Assembly: GCF_006345805.1 (NCBI RefSeq)
Contig: NC_043001.1
Coordinates: forward strand, 7,192,001 to 7,256,000
Reading direction: 5' to 3'
Origin: Octopus sinensis
Taxonomy: Eukaryota
Length of the DNA: 64,000 nt
The position numbers and the translations under genes were made by a program. The notes beneath the pieces were generated by a model. That model made no database searches. It saw only the letters and a program-made list of their open reading frames with translations, and was not told the origin of the DNA. Of the stretch, positions 49,615 to 63,629 are shown one piece after another (the stretch's first letter is position 1; every line of letters begins with the position of its first letter).

Positions 49615-52309
49615 GATAAATAGATGTAGAAAGTGATATAGATATAGATATTTATATAAGTCTTAGCCTCATCGTATGAAGCAGTAATCTCCCGAGGATG
49701 CAATACCCGTTCCCTAATAGATTCTAACGTTTATCTCTGAAAACGAGACAAATGAATCAGGTGGGATTTCTCAGGCCTGGAATCCATTTTATGACAAGTT
49801 TTCTTGTTCCTGATTGACCGAGGGTTAAGTTTTCCATCAACGTTCTGCGCCATATCGATCTGCTGCAAATCTACACCGCAATATGGTTGCAATTCACTTT
49901 ATCATCTGTGCTTTGTGTTGAACGACAAATCAGTGGCAATCTAACTGATTATTGGTAATTTATTGGAGAATATCTGTAAAATTTGCTTTGAAGACCAGTA
50001 CATGACATATCCGATTTCGTTTCTTTTATTTGTTTTATCTTTTTCTTGTTTCAATCATTAGACTGCAGCCAAACTGATTCATCTTTTTGAAGAATCTTAT
50101 AATTGACCGCGAATCGATTCCAGTACGTTTTTGTAAGCCTAGTACTGAAAGATACCCAACACCGGTTATAACCTGGCTGTGAAGTCAAACACAAATACAA
50201 AGACACGCACACATACACACATGCGTATACATTCATCAAGTATACACACGTACGCGCGCACAAACACATCAGGCACATGCGCACACATCACCCACACAAA
50301 TGTTTATGTACAAGGTTTTCCGTTAGCTTCTGTCTGCTAAATGTTCCCTTAAGACTTTGGGTAGTTCAGAGTAATAATAGATGCCCTTGGACATGATGAC
50401 ACTGAACCCGGATGCATGAAACTGAGAAACAAGTTTCTTATTACAAAGCTTTGCCACTGATGAATCTAGTTACAGTGATGAGCATTCAGTATTTTAAATG
50501 AATCTAACACTTTATTTTTCAATATTCCAACCCTTAGATATTGAGGCTGTCGGTGATTTAAGGGAAAAAAAGGCTTTTAATTTAGTAGACAGCCTCACTC
50601 TCTAAGAAATCCATTGGTGGTTTTCAAGGCAACAGTTTACACCATTTCCAAACCAATAAGTGATTAGTATTCAGTTCACGGCTGTGAAAAATGCAATAAA
50701 AGGATAAGTGAAATTATATATCAAATTACAATGAAGGCAGCCGCCGGAGAAATGGCCTGCTAAATCAATTAATTAACCCAGCTCTGATTGAGCTTTTAAA
50801 TATTTCACGTAATTTACTCTTTTGATGGTATTCACTTAATTATGACCAACACATAGATTAATTCTGCATTGTTCATCACTTCTATGAATTTAATATTTTA
50901 TGAAGAAATCACGAAACTATTAAAATAACCCTTTCTTTACTAAATCATTGTTCACAGATAATGACCACGACAGCATTTTCTAAAGTATACTTTATCCATT
51001 CAATAAAATATTTAATGTTCTTATCGAATATATCGTTATATACATGCGAATAATTAAGATATTGGAACACAAGTAATTTGCTTATATTCTGCTAAAGTAT
51101 TATTGCAGATTATAAGCAATAAGTGAGCAACAAGCATATAACAATATATAAAAATAATCTAAATTGGACAACGATGATATATCAAAGATTCTATGTAACA
51201 GAATTATCGATCAAGTGGAATAATTATAATGGAAATATTAAGATTGAAATACTAATGAAACTTCTAAAAAGTTTTCCTAATATGCGCAATCACTTTTTCT
51301 GAATAAAGTATGTTTAAATCGATTCACGTTGAGTGATCACTGCCAATGTTTCAACCCTTTATGGATAAAAACTAGTGAAGAAAATACAAAATGCCGTGTA
51401 GACTTCAATATTACTTGATGTACGATGCAAACTTACAATAAATCAAGTGGAATTTCATTTTCCGCTGATTGGACATGTTCAAACAATAACAGTTTATTTT
51501 AATGAGCCGGAAATTAGTTACTATGTGTACAGATGCATATCAGCTGTTTCAACGATCGATTATTTTAAAGAATCGACAATTTACTGCTGGCTTTGTATAC
51601 CTTTGTAAGACTATACATTTTATGCCATAAATATCGGAAATCTGTACCTATGGAGGTCTCTTTACATGGACAGTGTCACAGTTATTCATGATATATTAGA
51701 GTTTCTTACACAATCAATACACAAGACAGATATGAGGAGAGCGAAACAGAAGAACGCAAGAAAAGACAGATGTTTTGAAAATATACTTTATGCTCACTTA
51801 ATGCTTCTGTTTTATAGAAATATGCGCTTTCTCAATGTACGTTCATTGTTGTTGCTTAAGTACATGCAGATAATTTACAACGTGAGCATCTACACTGAGA
51901 ATTCTCGTCAACAAAAACAGATTTTTCAATAGAACTGTTACGCAAGTGATACAGTACAGTAACTATGCTGCTTTATTTTCTCGTTATCAACTATAATGTT
52001 GTATGGAGGTATAGTGTTTGGGAGGTAGGAGACATGTTGAGTTCGGATTGAAGGAAGGGGATAATGTGTATGCTTTTACTAAAACCTATTTCATAAGAAT
52101 TGCCCAGCTATTTGAATGAAATATCTTGAATGTTACGTAAAGAGGGCTTTTGCAAATGCTGGTAATCCGTTGATAAATGTTCAATAATTAGGTGTTGGCG
52201 TAGCAGTGTGGTAACAAGTTTACTTCTCGAGCATATGGTTCCGGGATCAATCCCAGTGCGTGGACCCATTGGCGAATATCTTGGATCGGTAAAAGACTTA
52301 TATATATTA

Positions 52310-52690
52310 GGGTGATGAAATCTCATTCGTATTTTGAATTTGGCGGCACTTGCACTGAATATGATCTCTCTGATACCGTTAGGTGGAGAGATATTCTCTA
52401 GTGCTTTCGAATTTAATTTTAATAATTAACATTTCTGGAACCCCACGCTGATGAGCCGAAAATAATCGGGTAAGGTATAGCTATTTATTCTTTATACCGA
52501 TCTAATTCCGAAACGCGCGTACGTGGGTAACCTAATACCGATTGAATTTCGTTATTTTTCCCTTTTGCCTGCGTGAATTGTTTTCAAGTACTTTGGTTTC
52601 TCTGGGAGCCCTCTTTAAAGTAGAAGGAATAGCTAAGATTTTTTTACTGCTATTTCTAAACTTCGGTATGTGGCGAAGCAAATCTCTGCT
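52310..52690 (+). mobile_element. Probable Penelope-like terminal fragment carrying a canonical hammerhead
   Basis: Non-coding segment around the hammerhead, ending at a TA-rich microsatellite like the other PLE ends in this window. Confidence 0.5.
52442..52527 (+). ncRNA. Type I hammerhead ribozyme, fully canonical core
   Basis: CCCACG CUGAUGA G...C GAAA CGCGCG UA CGUGGG: 6-bp stem I, G10.1-C11.1, palindromic stem III ACGCGCGU, GUA triplet (predicted cut 3' of 52521), 55-nt stem II domain. Confidence 0.85.
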
Positions 52691-52740
52691 GAACCCTAAT
52701 TATAAAGTATATAGATATACATGCATGTACATACATACAT

Positions 52741-52802
<62 letters not shown>

Positions 52803-52833
52803 TCTATACCTATCTATCTCTATATGTACATGC

Positions 52834-52877
<44 letters not shown>

Positions 52878-53399
52878 TCATGTACATATAGAGATAGATA
52901 GATATATGTATAGAGAGATACATAAATATATATATATATATACACATATATATATGTACATATATATACATACATATAAATACATATATGCATGTGTGTA
53001 TATGTATGTAATTATATGTATGCTTGTTTCTACGTGTGTTGTTTTGTCTGTCATTCACTACCACTTAACAATCGAGTTTGACGTGTTATATTCCCGTAAT
53101 TTAACAGTTTGGCCAAAGAGAACGATAGAATAAGTGCCAGGCTTAAAAAACAAGTAGTGCTGTCGGTCAGTTTGACTGAAATTTTTCAGCGCTTTGCCCT
53201 AGCATGTCCGCAACCCATTGACTGAAACACCTGAGGTAAGTTTGCACTGAGCTGTGTTGCATGCATTAAAATCTCTGGGATATGCATAACGGATTCACTG
53301 AAAATTGTTTTCCTTCATTGCTTCATGTTCAATTCTCACATGTACTTCATGTTACTTCTTTTGTGCTACGAAATATTGTTTTTACAAATGCGTAGCAAA

Positions 53400-53930
53400 T
53401 ACGCCGATATCAATATCCAGCCATGGAAGTGATTGATATCGGCGGAGTGTAGGGCACTAGACTGTATAAGTTCACATCCATAGAATGTTTAATGAGGAAA
53501 ATTAGTGTGAAGGTTAAATATTTCCTTTTGAAGCTCTGCTGTTTGCTGATCCAAACATGAAAAGCTCTATGCAAGCCAAATATGTGTGGCTTCACACAAA
53601 GTTATTCGACTTTACTGCTGAAATGTCGGTGCCTATGAATAATCTAGAGAAGCGTGAAATGAGCTTCAATTCCTGGGAAGATGAAGGAGTCCTATCACTG
53701 TAGTGCTTTCTGCCTTATGTGATACTGAATCTATTTAAAATTATTGGCGAACTCCTTTTATAACAATATCGATGAGCATGATGTTGGTATATCACCGAGT
53801 GAAAAGTGTATTAACACATCACGCAGTGAGAGTCTGTGGGTGATCAACATCATGAAATTCTGTGAGAACATTACAAAGAATGCATTTATAGTTTTATCAA
53901 AATATCCTACCGTGTTCAATCTGTTAATTA
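53400..53930 (-). pseudogene. Possible ancient mariner transposase remnant
   Basis: Frameshifted peptides ELQKEIFNLHTNFPH and LYSLVPYTPPI resemble the HDNARPH and PPYSPDL motifs in the correct order. Confidence 0.3.
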
Positions 53931-53979
53931 GACAAGACAGTCATCCTGCAAAAAAAAAAAAAAAAAATTACATGAATTA

Positions 53980-54373
53980 TAGGCGCAGGAGTGGCTGTGT
54001 GGTAAGTAGCTTGCTAACCAACCACATGGTTCCGGGTTCAGACCCACTGCGTGGCATCTTGGGCAAGTGTCTTCTGCTATTGCCCCGGGCCGACCAATGC
54101 CTTGTGAGTGGATTTGGTAGACGGAAACTGAAAGAAGCCTGTCCTATATATGTATATATATGTATATATGTGTATGTGTGTGTGTTTGTCCCCCTAGCAT
54201 TGCTTAACAACCGATGCTGGTGTGTTTACGTCCCAATCACTTAGCGGTTCGGCAAAAGAGACCGATAGAATAAGTACAGGGCTTACAAAGAATAAGTCCC
54301 GGGGTCGATTTGCTCGACTAAAGGCGGTGCTCCAGCATGACCGCAGTCAAATGACTGAAATAAGTAAAAGAGT
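53980..54373 (+). mobile_element. Full-length SINE family A
   Basis: Head, central microsatellite and tail present. Confidence 0.95.
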
Positions 54374-55345
54374 AATTAAATTGACTTAATATTTTATTAG
54401 ATCAACTCTGGAAGTTCAAATGTTTGCCAAAAAAACCCCCAAAGGGCTGGTGATTCGAATCCTTTTGATTGTTTCAGGGTTGTGATGGAAACTGAAGCTG
54501 CGGGACTGGTGATCAATATTAACCGCAGTATCTGGAGTGGCTGACCAATTTTAGCTGTAGTTTGCATTGTATTGTCATTGAAGTAGGAATTGTAGATGTT
54601 GCAGGATAGGTGCCATTGGGATTCGCGATAGTTTCACCCTTTCTTTGGATTGTATTAATTATGAGACGTTGATTTGAATTATGTAATCGGTATATTAATG
54701 TAATAAAGAATAGATTGTCATTTCAGTTTTCCATATATCATTGTTTTAGAAAGTGAGGTTTTCGTGTTGTGAAAACCATTCTAAAAAAAAATGTATTTAA
54801 AAAATTAATAAATATAAAAACAAAAACGATACATTTGGTATGTCAAATGTTCACATCTATTGAGCTTTAGTCTCCATGCCAGCTATAATTTTTTTTTAAA
54901 TTTTTATTTAGGGCATTCACAGTTTTGAAAAGGAGACAAGAAAATATTCTTTGCCCAGTGACCTAGCCCTGCAAATTCTCCCGACAGCAGAGTTTCATGT
55001 TTGTGGTAAGATTCACGGTTGATTATGTTTGCCGTGCTTGCAAAGATACGAATTATTATGGCAGTGCACCCAGAATTATCCAACTGCCCTATTGTACTGT
55101 GTTTTTTTAGACGGAGGAATGAAATACAATGTTGACTTCATGAGAAATATATTAGAAAAGGGACAGCGAGAAAACACTCGCCGATTATAGAAGAGATATC
55201 GAAGGAAATAACAGGCAACTCAGTTTTGTGTATGTTAAACAACTAAAAATTGACCCTTACATTATATGTACAAAATATTCACGTAGGAGGGGTCCAACAG
55301 GGCCGCAGTCAAATGAATGAAACAAGCAAACAATTAACAGACATA

Positions 55346-55746
55346 TAGGCGCAGGAGTGGCTGTGTGGTAAGTAGCTTGCTAACCAACAACATGGTTCCG
55401 GGTTCAGTCCCACTGCGTGGCACCTTGGGCAACTGTCTTCTGCTATAGCCCCGGCCCGACTAATGCCTTGTGCGTGGATTTGGTAGACGGAAACTGAAAG
55501 AAGCCTGTCGTATATATGTATATATATATATATGTTTTTGTGTCTGTGTTTGTCCCCCTATCATTGCTTGACAACCGATGCTGGTGTGTTTACATCCCCG
55601 TTACTTAGCGGTTCGGCAAAAGAGACCGATAGAATAAGTACTGGGCTTACAAAGAATAAGTCCCGGGGTCGATTTGCTCGACTAAAGGCGGTGCTCCAGC
55701 ATGGCCGCAGTCAAATGACTGAAACAAGTAAAAGAGTAAAAGAGTA
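55346..55746 (+). mobile_element. Full-length SINE family A
   Basis: Head, central microsatellite and (AAAAGAGT)n tail; preceded by a short family A 3' remnant at about 55299-55330. Confidence 0.95.
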
Positions 55747-55898
55747 ATATGCATGTGGATACACACGTACACCCGTATGTCTATACACGTATATCTATCA
55801 ATCCCGCTACATCCTCTTCACTCCGCCCTCTCTCCTTCTCTTTCTCTCTCTCTCTCTCGCTATATATATATACACATATGCGTGTATGTGTATACGCA

Positions 55899-56107
55899 TT
55901 TGACTATGGGCATCATGCTGGAGCACCTACATTGATCGATCAAATCGACCTCAGTGCTTATTCTTTGTTAGCCTAGTTCTTATTCTACAGGTCACATTTG
56001 CCGAACTGCAATGTTACTGAGGACGTAAACTCACCTAGTTCGGTGGGGAGACAAATACAGACACACAAACATGTATACATATATTATATATATATAATAT
56101 ATATATA

Positions 56108-56167
<60 letters not shown>

Positions 56168-56400
56168 CTATATATATATATATATAAAGTTAATCCAAAC
56201 AAGAAAACACAGAAAAAGAAAAAATACACAGCAGCAGGACGTGGAACAATTAAAGTATTATTGACGCTCAGGAAAGAAGGGAAGGAGGGTTTAACACATG
56301 CATGTGGCGCGCTTCTTTCAGTTTCCGTCTAGCAAATCCACTTACGATTTTTTGTCGGCCAGGTGGTATAGTAGTAGAGACATAACCATTGTACCACATT
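55899..56400 (-). mobile_element. Old SINE family A with a nested Penelope-like terminal fragment (56188-56296)
   Basis: 3' half 55899-56073 and 5' half about 56308-56400; the insert is homologous to 3578-3737 and sits in the central (TA)n. Confidence 0.7.
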
Positions 56401-56424
56401 TATCCAGAGAGAGAGTGAATCATA

Positions 56425-56534
<110 letters not shown>

Positions 56535-57122
56535 CAAACATGTGCACACAGACAGATTTAGGCACATGACTGTATATCTGTTCTCTTCATATAAATACAT
56601 CTATTAATACCGTTCTTGTTCCTTACGATAAGACCGATATAAATCATTAGCTTTACATTTATCATCAGCGCATATCTGAAATAGTTAAATATATTTTTAT
56701 GACTATCATTTTCAGAAGTCTATTAATCAGCATGAAAGAAAACTATATAAATAAATATATTTGACTTTGATTCGTGAACTTGTAGAAACCTAGACGTGAT
56801 ATTTATTTTTAGCCATAAATTTTAGTCTTCTGTCTAAATGTGTGTCTTGGTTTTCAAAAATTGAAATTTATTCCAATATTTCTGATGAGGACAAATATAA
56901 TTGCATGAACCGTGAACTATTGATTAATGCTTTTTCTAGAGTTTTATAAATTTTCTTATATATATATATATGTTTATATAAGTATATATATATATTTTTT
57001 TTTGTCTATGTGTGTATGCATATACACAGAAATAAATATCCATATATGTATATACTTATATAGATATGCATATATATATACATATGTATGTACATGTATA
57101 TATATGTTTATATATGTATGCG

Positions 57123-57162
<40 letters not shown>

Positions 57163-58047
57163 CACACACATGTATATATATATTTATATATATGCAAATA
57201 TATATACATACGTATATATATATATATATATACATTGCACGTGTGTCTATAATTTTATATTTCTTACTGTCTTCATATATGTTCAAAACTCAAGCTCATT
57301 TGTATGTGTGCATGTATATAAATTTATATACATACATACTTATATATGTATACTCATATATACACGTATACATATACACACCGTGTTCTTTATATGTACG
57401 TGTATTTCCATACAATCACTTCGACAAATACATTTTTTTTCAAGCAGACATGATGTATATGACGTTATTCTGACAAAGTGAATTTATGAATTGTATTATT
57501 ATCTTATATAATTTTATAATTGACTACAGCACTTTGTTCATGCCCAGAACGGTCAATCATTCCCTGACCTTTGTATGTATTCGCTATTATTTTACGCGCG
57601 ATATATATTTCCCCTTTTTTTATATATATATATATAAGTTCAACTTAGTGGATTGTAATGATTGCATCAGTGAGTAATGGAAATGCAATGAAAATATGTG
57701 TAAATGCCATGGACACACACACAAGCAAGAATTATATTCCAATAAAATTCTTCCTTCTTTTAAAATATATTTAATGACTGAACTTTGCAAATACATCAAA
57801 ACTATGGTTTCACTGATTACAAATAAAACTAAGATCATGAAATAATTTTTCCTGGTAAATTTACAATTTTTAAGCCCACATTTATGAAATAAAAAAAATG
57901 TATTTAAAATAAAATCGTCTTGTCTTGATGATGTTATATTTTGCTTAATTACATTTCCTATATTTATAGTCGGTGCAAAGTTGAACTTCGCTCATATTTT
58001 CACACACATCCACGCATTCTAAGCAAAACACCCTTATGCCCACATGC

Positions 58048-58081
<34 letters not shown>

Positions 58082-58373
58082 ATACATTATGACTATACGT
58101 ACAAAACATATAACACATTCATACACACACACAAACACACACATACACATACAAAACTTATAGAGATATATACGTGCCTATATCTACACACACACACATA
58201 TATATATGCAATATGTATATATATACATATATATATGTATTCATATGTAAGTATATGTATATATATGCATGCATATGTATGTATGCATGTATGTATATAT
58301 ATATGTGTGTGTGTGTGGGTATATATATATATATATATACTATATATTATATGTAAAATACATATATATATAT

Positions 58374-58667
58374 CACCATGATCATCGCGGCCGACCAGGC
58401 TATCAGATGTTGCTACACATCGCTGGTCAGAATGCCCTTCGCATTGTTTTAGCCTTCAAATGACGCCACCCCTCTGGCTAAGCGAACAGATCAACAGAAG
58501 AAAGAGTGAGAGAAAGTTGTGGCGAAAGAGTACAGCAGGGATCGCCGCCACCCAATGCCTGAGATCGTGGAGCTTTAGGTGTTTTCGCTCAATAAACACT
58601 CACAACGCCCGGTCTGGGTATCGAAACTGCGAGTCTGCTCCCCTAACTACTGGGCCATTGAGCCTCC
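58374..58667 (-). mobile_element. SINE family C
   Basis: Colinear with 3860-4135 and 35990-36296; embedded in TA/CA repeats. Confidence 0.9.
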
Positions 58668-58677
58668 ACACACACAC

Positions 58678-58741
<64 letters not shown>

Positions 58742-58776
58742 TACATAAATGTACATATGTTTATGTATGTATATGC

Positions 58777-58842
<66 letters not shown>

Positions 58843-59586
58843 GTGTGTGTGTGTGTTTTCTCTTGTGTGTTCGTGCGCGTGTGAGTAAGTGCCTGTATAT
58901 ACAGATATGTGTGTTAGTGACAATCAAATCAATGCAATATTGGAATGACAATTTACTAATGCTTATAAGTTTGTTTGATATACAATACAACAGATCAATA
59001 ATTATAATGGTAAATCAATTGGAACTATCGAACCTTACATTCCTCATCACACCTCGCGAGATTTAAGCTCTTCATTGTTATATCTAATACATTCCATATA
59101 AGAGGAGTATATCGCTGGACTACAACCTACCTCTGGTCTTTTGTATTTTTACGATGAGGAAGCTCATGACGTCAAACGAAACCCAATGTGTCCCATATTA
59201 GTAGTTAGTTAATTATTTCGTCTGACAGAGTCCTAAACTTTATAGTATTCTATATATCTGTCCTCCGAAAATGTGTGCATCCATTGTGATTTTTTTGTGG
59301 TCTCCTACAATTGGGAGGAAATTAGGCTTAAATGAGCACCCGATCCATTATGGTTACAAGATCCCGTTGGAAGTTTACATGGAGGTGCTTCCATAGATGT
59401 TTTTCATTGATGAATATCTTCCTGGCGTATAGTCTGGAGTGTCGCTACTTTAGTAGCAGTCAGACTATACATGTTACATACATAATTGCAGAAAAAATAT
59501 CCTTGAAACGTAGACACAGGCACACAACAACTATAATGCTTTATTTAAAAAAAAAGTACTTTGATTTCAAGCAGAATGTTAGTATA

Positions 59587-59811
59587 TTGAGTTGTGCGGA
59601 AAGTTCGTGCCGATTTATAGTTGCTTACCTTTCGACTTACCCTCCCAGGCACCTCAATTCCGGGAAGAAGGTATTTTCAAGTTAAAGGAAAGATGGAGAC
59701 GCATTGTGCAACAAAATGGTTCATATTTGGTTGATTTAAAATGTAATGGCAAGTTTTTATTGACCTTTTTCCTTCATTTAAAAATTGGCACGAACTTTCC
59801 GGCCCACCCAA
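59587..59811 (+). mobile_element. mariner deletion derivative (MITE), 225 bp
   Basis: TA-flanked 30-bp TIRs (TTGAGTTGTGCGGAAAGTTCGTGCCGATTT versus reverse complement TTGGGTGGGCCGGAAAGTTCGTGCCAATTT, 25/30); internal FREEGIFKLKERWRRIVQQNGSYLVD* is a mariner C-terminus. Confidence 0.9.
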
Positions 59812-61627
59812 TAGTTTATCAGATTACATTTATCTGAGTCCTAAACATTCATAGGAATGGAAACCATCATTAGATCGCGCGGCCAATACACTAATGACGC
59901 ACACATTCTTTTGATTAGGGCGCAAATACTAAATTTGGGCACGTTACCCTCTGATTTGTCGACTACAACTTCAAACATATTTGATCTCGTTAACCAATAA
60001 CCATTTCTGCTTTTGAAATACATAAATATAAAAAATTGAGAATAATTTGAAAATACACCACAACTGAATACACACAAATTTCCTAATTTAATAATTTCTA
60101 TGAGTCTGGTATCAAATTTCTCAACAGTTTTCTTGCATAAAGTCATACGAAATTCTATGAACACTAATAAGAATTGTCTTGTGACCTTAGTTAAGATAGA
60201 GATAAAAAGAAATCATTACAAATACAAGCATGGAATAAAATATTGTAACATTTATAATATTATTTGACTTAGCAATTTCCTCTTTTAATTTCGTGTAAAT
60301 ATTTTCATACACAGAAAATCGCCAATTGATTAAAAAAAAGTACTAACTGAATTTTGAAAACAAGATTATCTATTGTGTAGAAGATAAAATGGCGTTAATG
60401 CAAAGCAGAAACAACAGAACAAATACTTTAATCGGAATATTGGAATTAAATATCGATAGTTATAAAGAAAAATAATAAAATCGAATTTCTAATTTAAACA
60501 GAACACAGTGCAGCGAGCATTCTCAAACTGAAGAGTGTTTAGAAAGAAATATATTACAGAGAATTGAATAAATATTATGTGGTAGAAATATTATTGTTTT
60601 GTTGAATAACCAGTTTAACTTCCTTCTAAAAAAATATTGCATTAATTCTAAAAATCGATACGTTACACTTAATATCTAATTATCCATCTTGTCTAGAAAT
60701 AAATGAGATATACTTCAATATGTTATGAGAAATAGCGAAATAATAAACAATAAAATATCATATGTAATTTGAGATTACAGAATGTACGTTATATATTTAG
60801 GACATTGCTTAAGTAGGCATTCTCCAATTATCTCTATCTCTCTTTCTCGCTCTCTCTCTCTCTCTTCATTTTGTCTTAATTTTCCTTCATACGTATCCCC
60901 CACACACACACAAACACACATTCACATATAATAAGAATACGGAGAAATGAAGCATTAATTCCGGCTCACAGCAATTGTTTCTATGCAATGGCAACATATG
61001 TTGCTAGCTGAGACTTCCATATCCATACTATAAGATAAATATTATATGAAGAATTGCATAAGTGAATTTTGTACAGCAGCAGCTGTATACCGGCACGTCA
61101 TCAGGTGACTTGCTTGAATAGTACTTCTTGGTCACATTCAGTTTAACGTTATTTTATTCCTCATTACATACTTCGAATTTTCTCCTTAAGGAGCAGTACA
61201 TACATACAAATTGATATAAGTCATTAAAGTTCCAAATACCGTAATGACAGAAAAAAATTCTAACGTAAATAACACACACACACATGCACACACAAACAAA
61301 TACACATACATATTCATACACAAGCAAACACAAGCACACATCAACACACAGTGATTTTATGAATTTGATAAACTTTTACAACTCCGTGTAAACGAATAAC
61401 CACAACGTTAGCTCTGTGTGTACAAAGTCAGTTAATAAAGAACACATACACGGACAAAACAGCATGTAAGATGAAGAGTTTCTGCCGAAATGCAACCTGC
61501 ACACAGACTTGGATGGAGATACGACGTTGTATAACTTGTCAGAGCTAAATGACGTGTATACTTTCCGCCATATAGATGCCTTTTATTTAAATGGATTCGA
61601 GAAACGCATAAATTTATTGCCCAAACG

Positions 61628-62022
61628 GTGCTAAATATAGAGGGGACAAACAAGGACAGGCAAAGGGATTCAGTCGATTAGAGTGACCCCACCGCATTAG
61701 TACTACTTATTTAATCGACCCCGAAAGGATGAAAGGCAATGTCAACCCCGGCGGAATTTGAACTCAGAATGTAACGGCAGACGAAACACCTATTTCCTTA
61801 CCTCCCGCAAGGGGATAAACACAGAAGAGACAAACAAGGACAGACAAACGGATTAAGTCGATTATATCGAACCTAGTGCGTAACTGGTACTTAATTTATC
61901 GACCCCGAAAGGATGAAAGACAAAGGGGACATCGTCGGAATTTGAACTCAGAACGTAACGGCAGACGAAATACCGCTAAACATTTCGCTGAGCGTACTAA
62001 CGTTTCTGCCAGCTCGCCGCCT
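61628..62022 (-). mobile_element. Tandem pair of SINE family D (headless copy 61628-61790 plus full copy 61791-62022)
   Basis: CGACCCCGAAAGGATGAAAG and GAATTTGAACTCAGAA each occur twice; head reverse complement CTGCCAGCTCGCCGCC at about 62006-62021. Confidence 0.9.
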
Positions 62023-62046
62023 TTTACCAAGAAACTCATTTCTATA

Positions 62047-62105
<59 letters not shown>

Positions 62106-63083
62106 ATACATATATATATAATATATATATATATAATATATTTGTATGTCTGTCTGTCTCTCTCTCTCTGTCTACCTATATATGTATCTGTCCATCCATC
62201 TATCTAACTATCTACATCTCCGCACACAGAATCGCACATGCTCACGGAGACACGCACACACACAGAAACGCATAAATTTATACATGTATATACATGTATA
62301 TTGATGAAGTTTGATTACAACCATCTCAGTTTTCCAAGAAGAATTATTTCCAGTTGTTTTTCTATATACGTGCGAAAGCAAACGAAAATCAAAATTACTC
62401 AACGGCTATGAACTTAGGTATTTAATCATTATATTACTACATACTTACAAATGAATCAACAATGTTTTTGTTTTCACTAGAGATATTTTGTAAACAAATA
62501 AACATGGGTCATATATTTAAAGTTGAATGTTGTGCCATTTTCCCTACCGAGTTTGTTGTGTGTTATCGTATTTGTTTTTAGCTCTACTTATAAAAATTAA
62601 TGTTAAACAACGATTGAATTTAGAGTAGTTATTTATGGTTTATTTCTGTTTGTTTGACATTATGTTTTTACAGATTGTGATTTATAAATCGATGGAATTT
62701 AATTAAGAAAATGTTTGGAACATAAAAAATAAAATGGAAGTCAAGTTTCAGTTAATCGTTTTCTTATCGAAAGAAATTAGTAAAACGACGTCCTGTTGTT
62801 CCTCCTTCGAGGCTGATATATGTAGACCAGGCTACACTTTTCAGTTCTTTTGTTTTGATAAACGTCTCCAGCAAACATACGGCATCGCATTAGGTTAGGA
62901 AAGAAGTTCTTCCTAAAAATTCATTACTCTAACTTCAATCAGGTCTATATTATTCATCCAGTGTAGGAAACTAGTTTAATTAATTTAATTAATACTATAG
63001 CAAGTATTTTGGTAAGATATATGTATGTTTCTGTGTGTGTCTGCGTGTGCTAGTGCTCCTGTATTTGGGTGTATAATTTCATA

Positions 63084-63460
63084 TCTTTATATATAAAAGC
63101 GAAGTTGTGTGTTTGTCTCCTACGATTTAGATTCCTAACTACTCCCACATTTTGCGGTGCAGTTTAACCAAAACCGGGTATCTTATAGTCGTGATTCATA
63201 TCAAGCCTTTCTGGGTATTAGCGCGCGTCTACGATGAGTCTACGATTAAAAAAAAAAATTACCATCATTTTTCGCTATTATATAAGGGAAGTAACTCTCT
63301 AAAAATGTCTACGATGAGTCAACGATTTAAAAAAAAAATTACCATAATTTTTTTTCCATTTTTAATGCATTTTATTGCTATTTTTTGGCTATAACTCTCT
63401 AAAAATGCTTATATAGTTATTTCCCTTACAAACATGAGCAACGCCGGGCGATACTGCTAG
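63084..63460 (+). mobile_element. Non-autonomous Helitron
   Basis: A|TCTTTATATATAAAAG 5' end and GC-rich GAGCAACGCCGGGC then CTAG|T 3' end; inserted between A and T with no TSD; internal repeat of about 40 bp (63228-63267, 63307-63347). Confidence 0.85.
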
Positions 63461-63629
63461 TATATATATATATATAGGGTTATGAGATGTAATGGTGTCA
63501 ATAAGACCCAAAGCTGTCAGTTAATGCTGAATTAGTGCTATGGACAGACTATAGCTAAGCTCGAGGTTTGGTGATTATGCGAATGAGGAGTCCAACTAAG
63601 GCCATATATCAGCATGTATATATATATAA

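Noticed and set aside
53744-54244. 166-aa ORF
   Set aside because: Runs through a poly-A tract into a SINE; the unique part is antisense to a possible mariner remnant
56882-61106. Further hammerhead-like traces at about 56882, 59154 and 61100 (minus)
   Set aside because: Two or more core or stem defects each; cannot be told from chance without family consensus sequences
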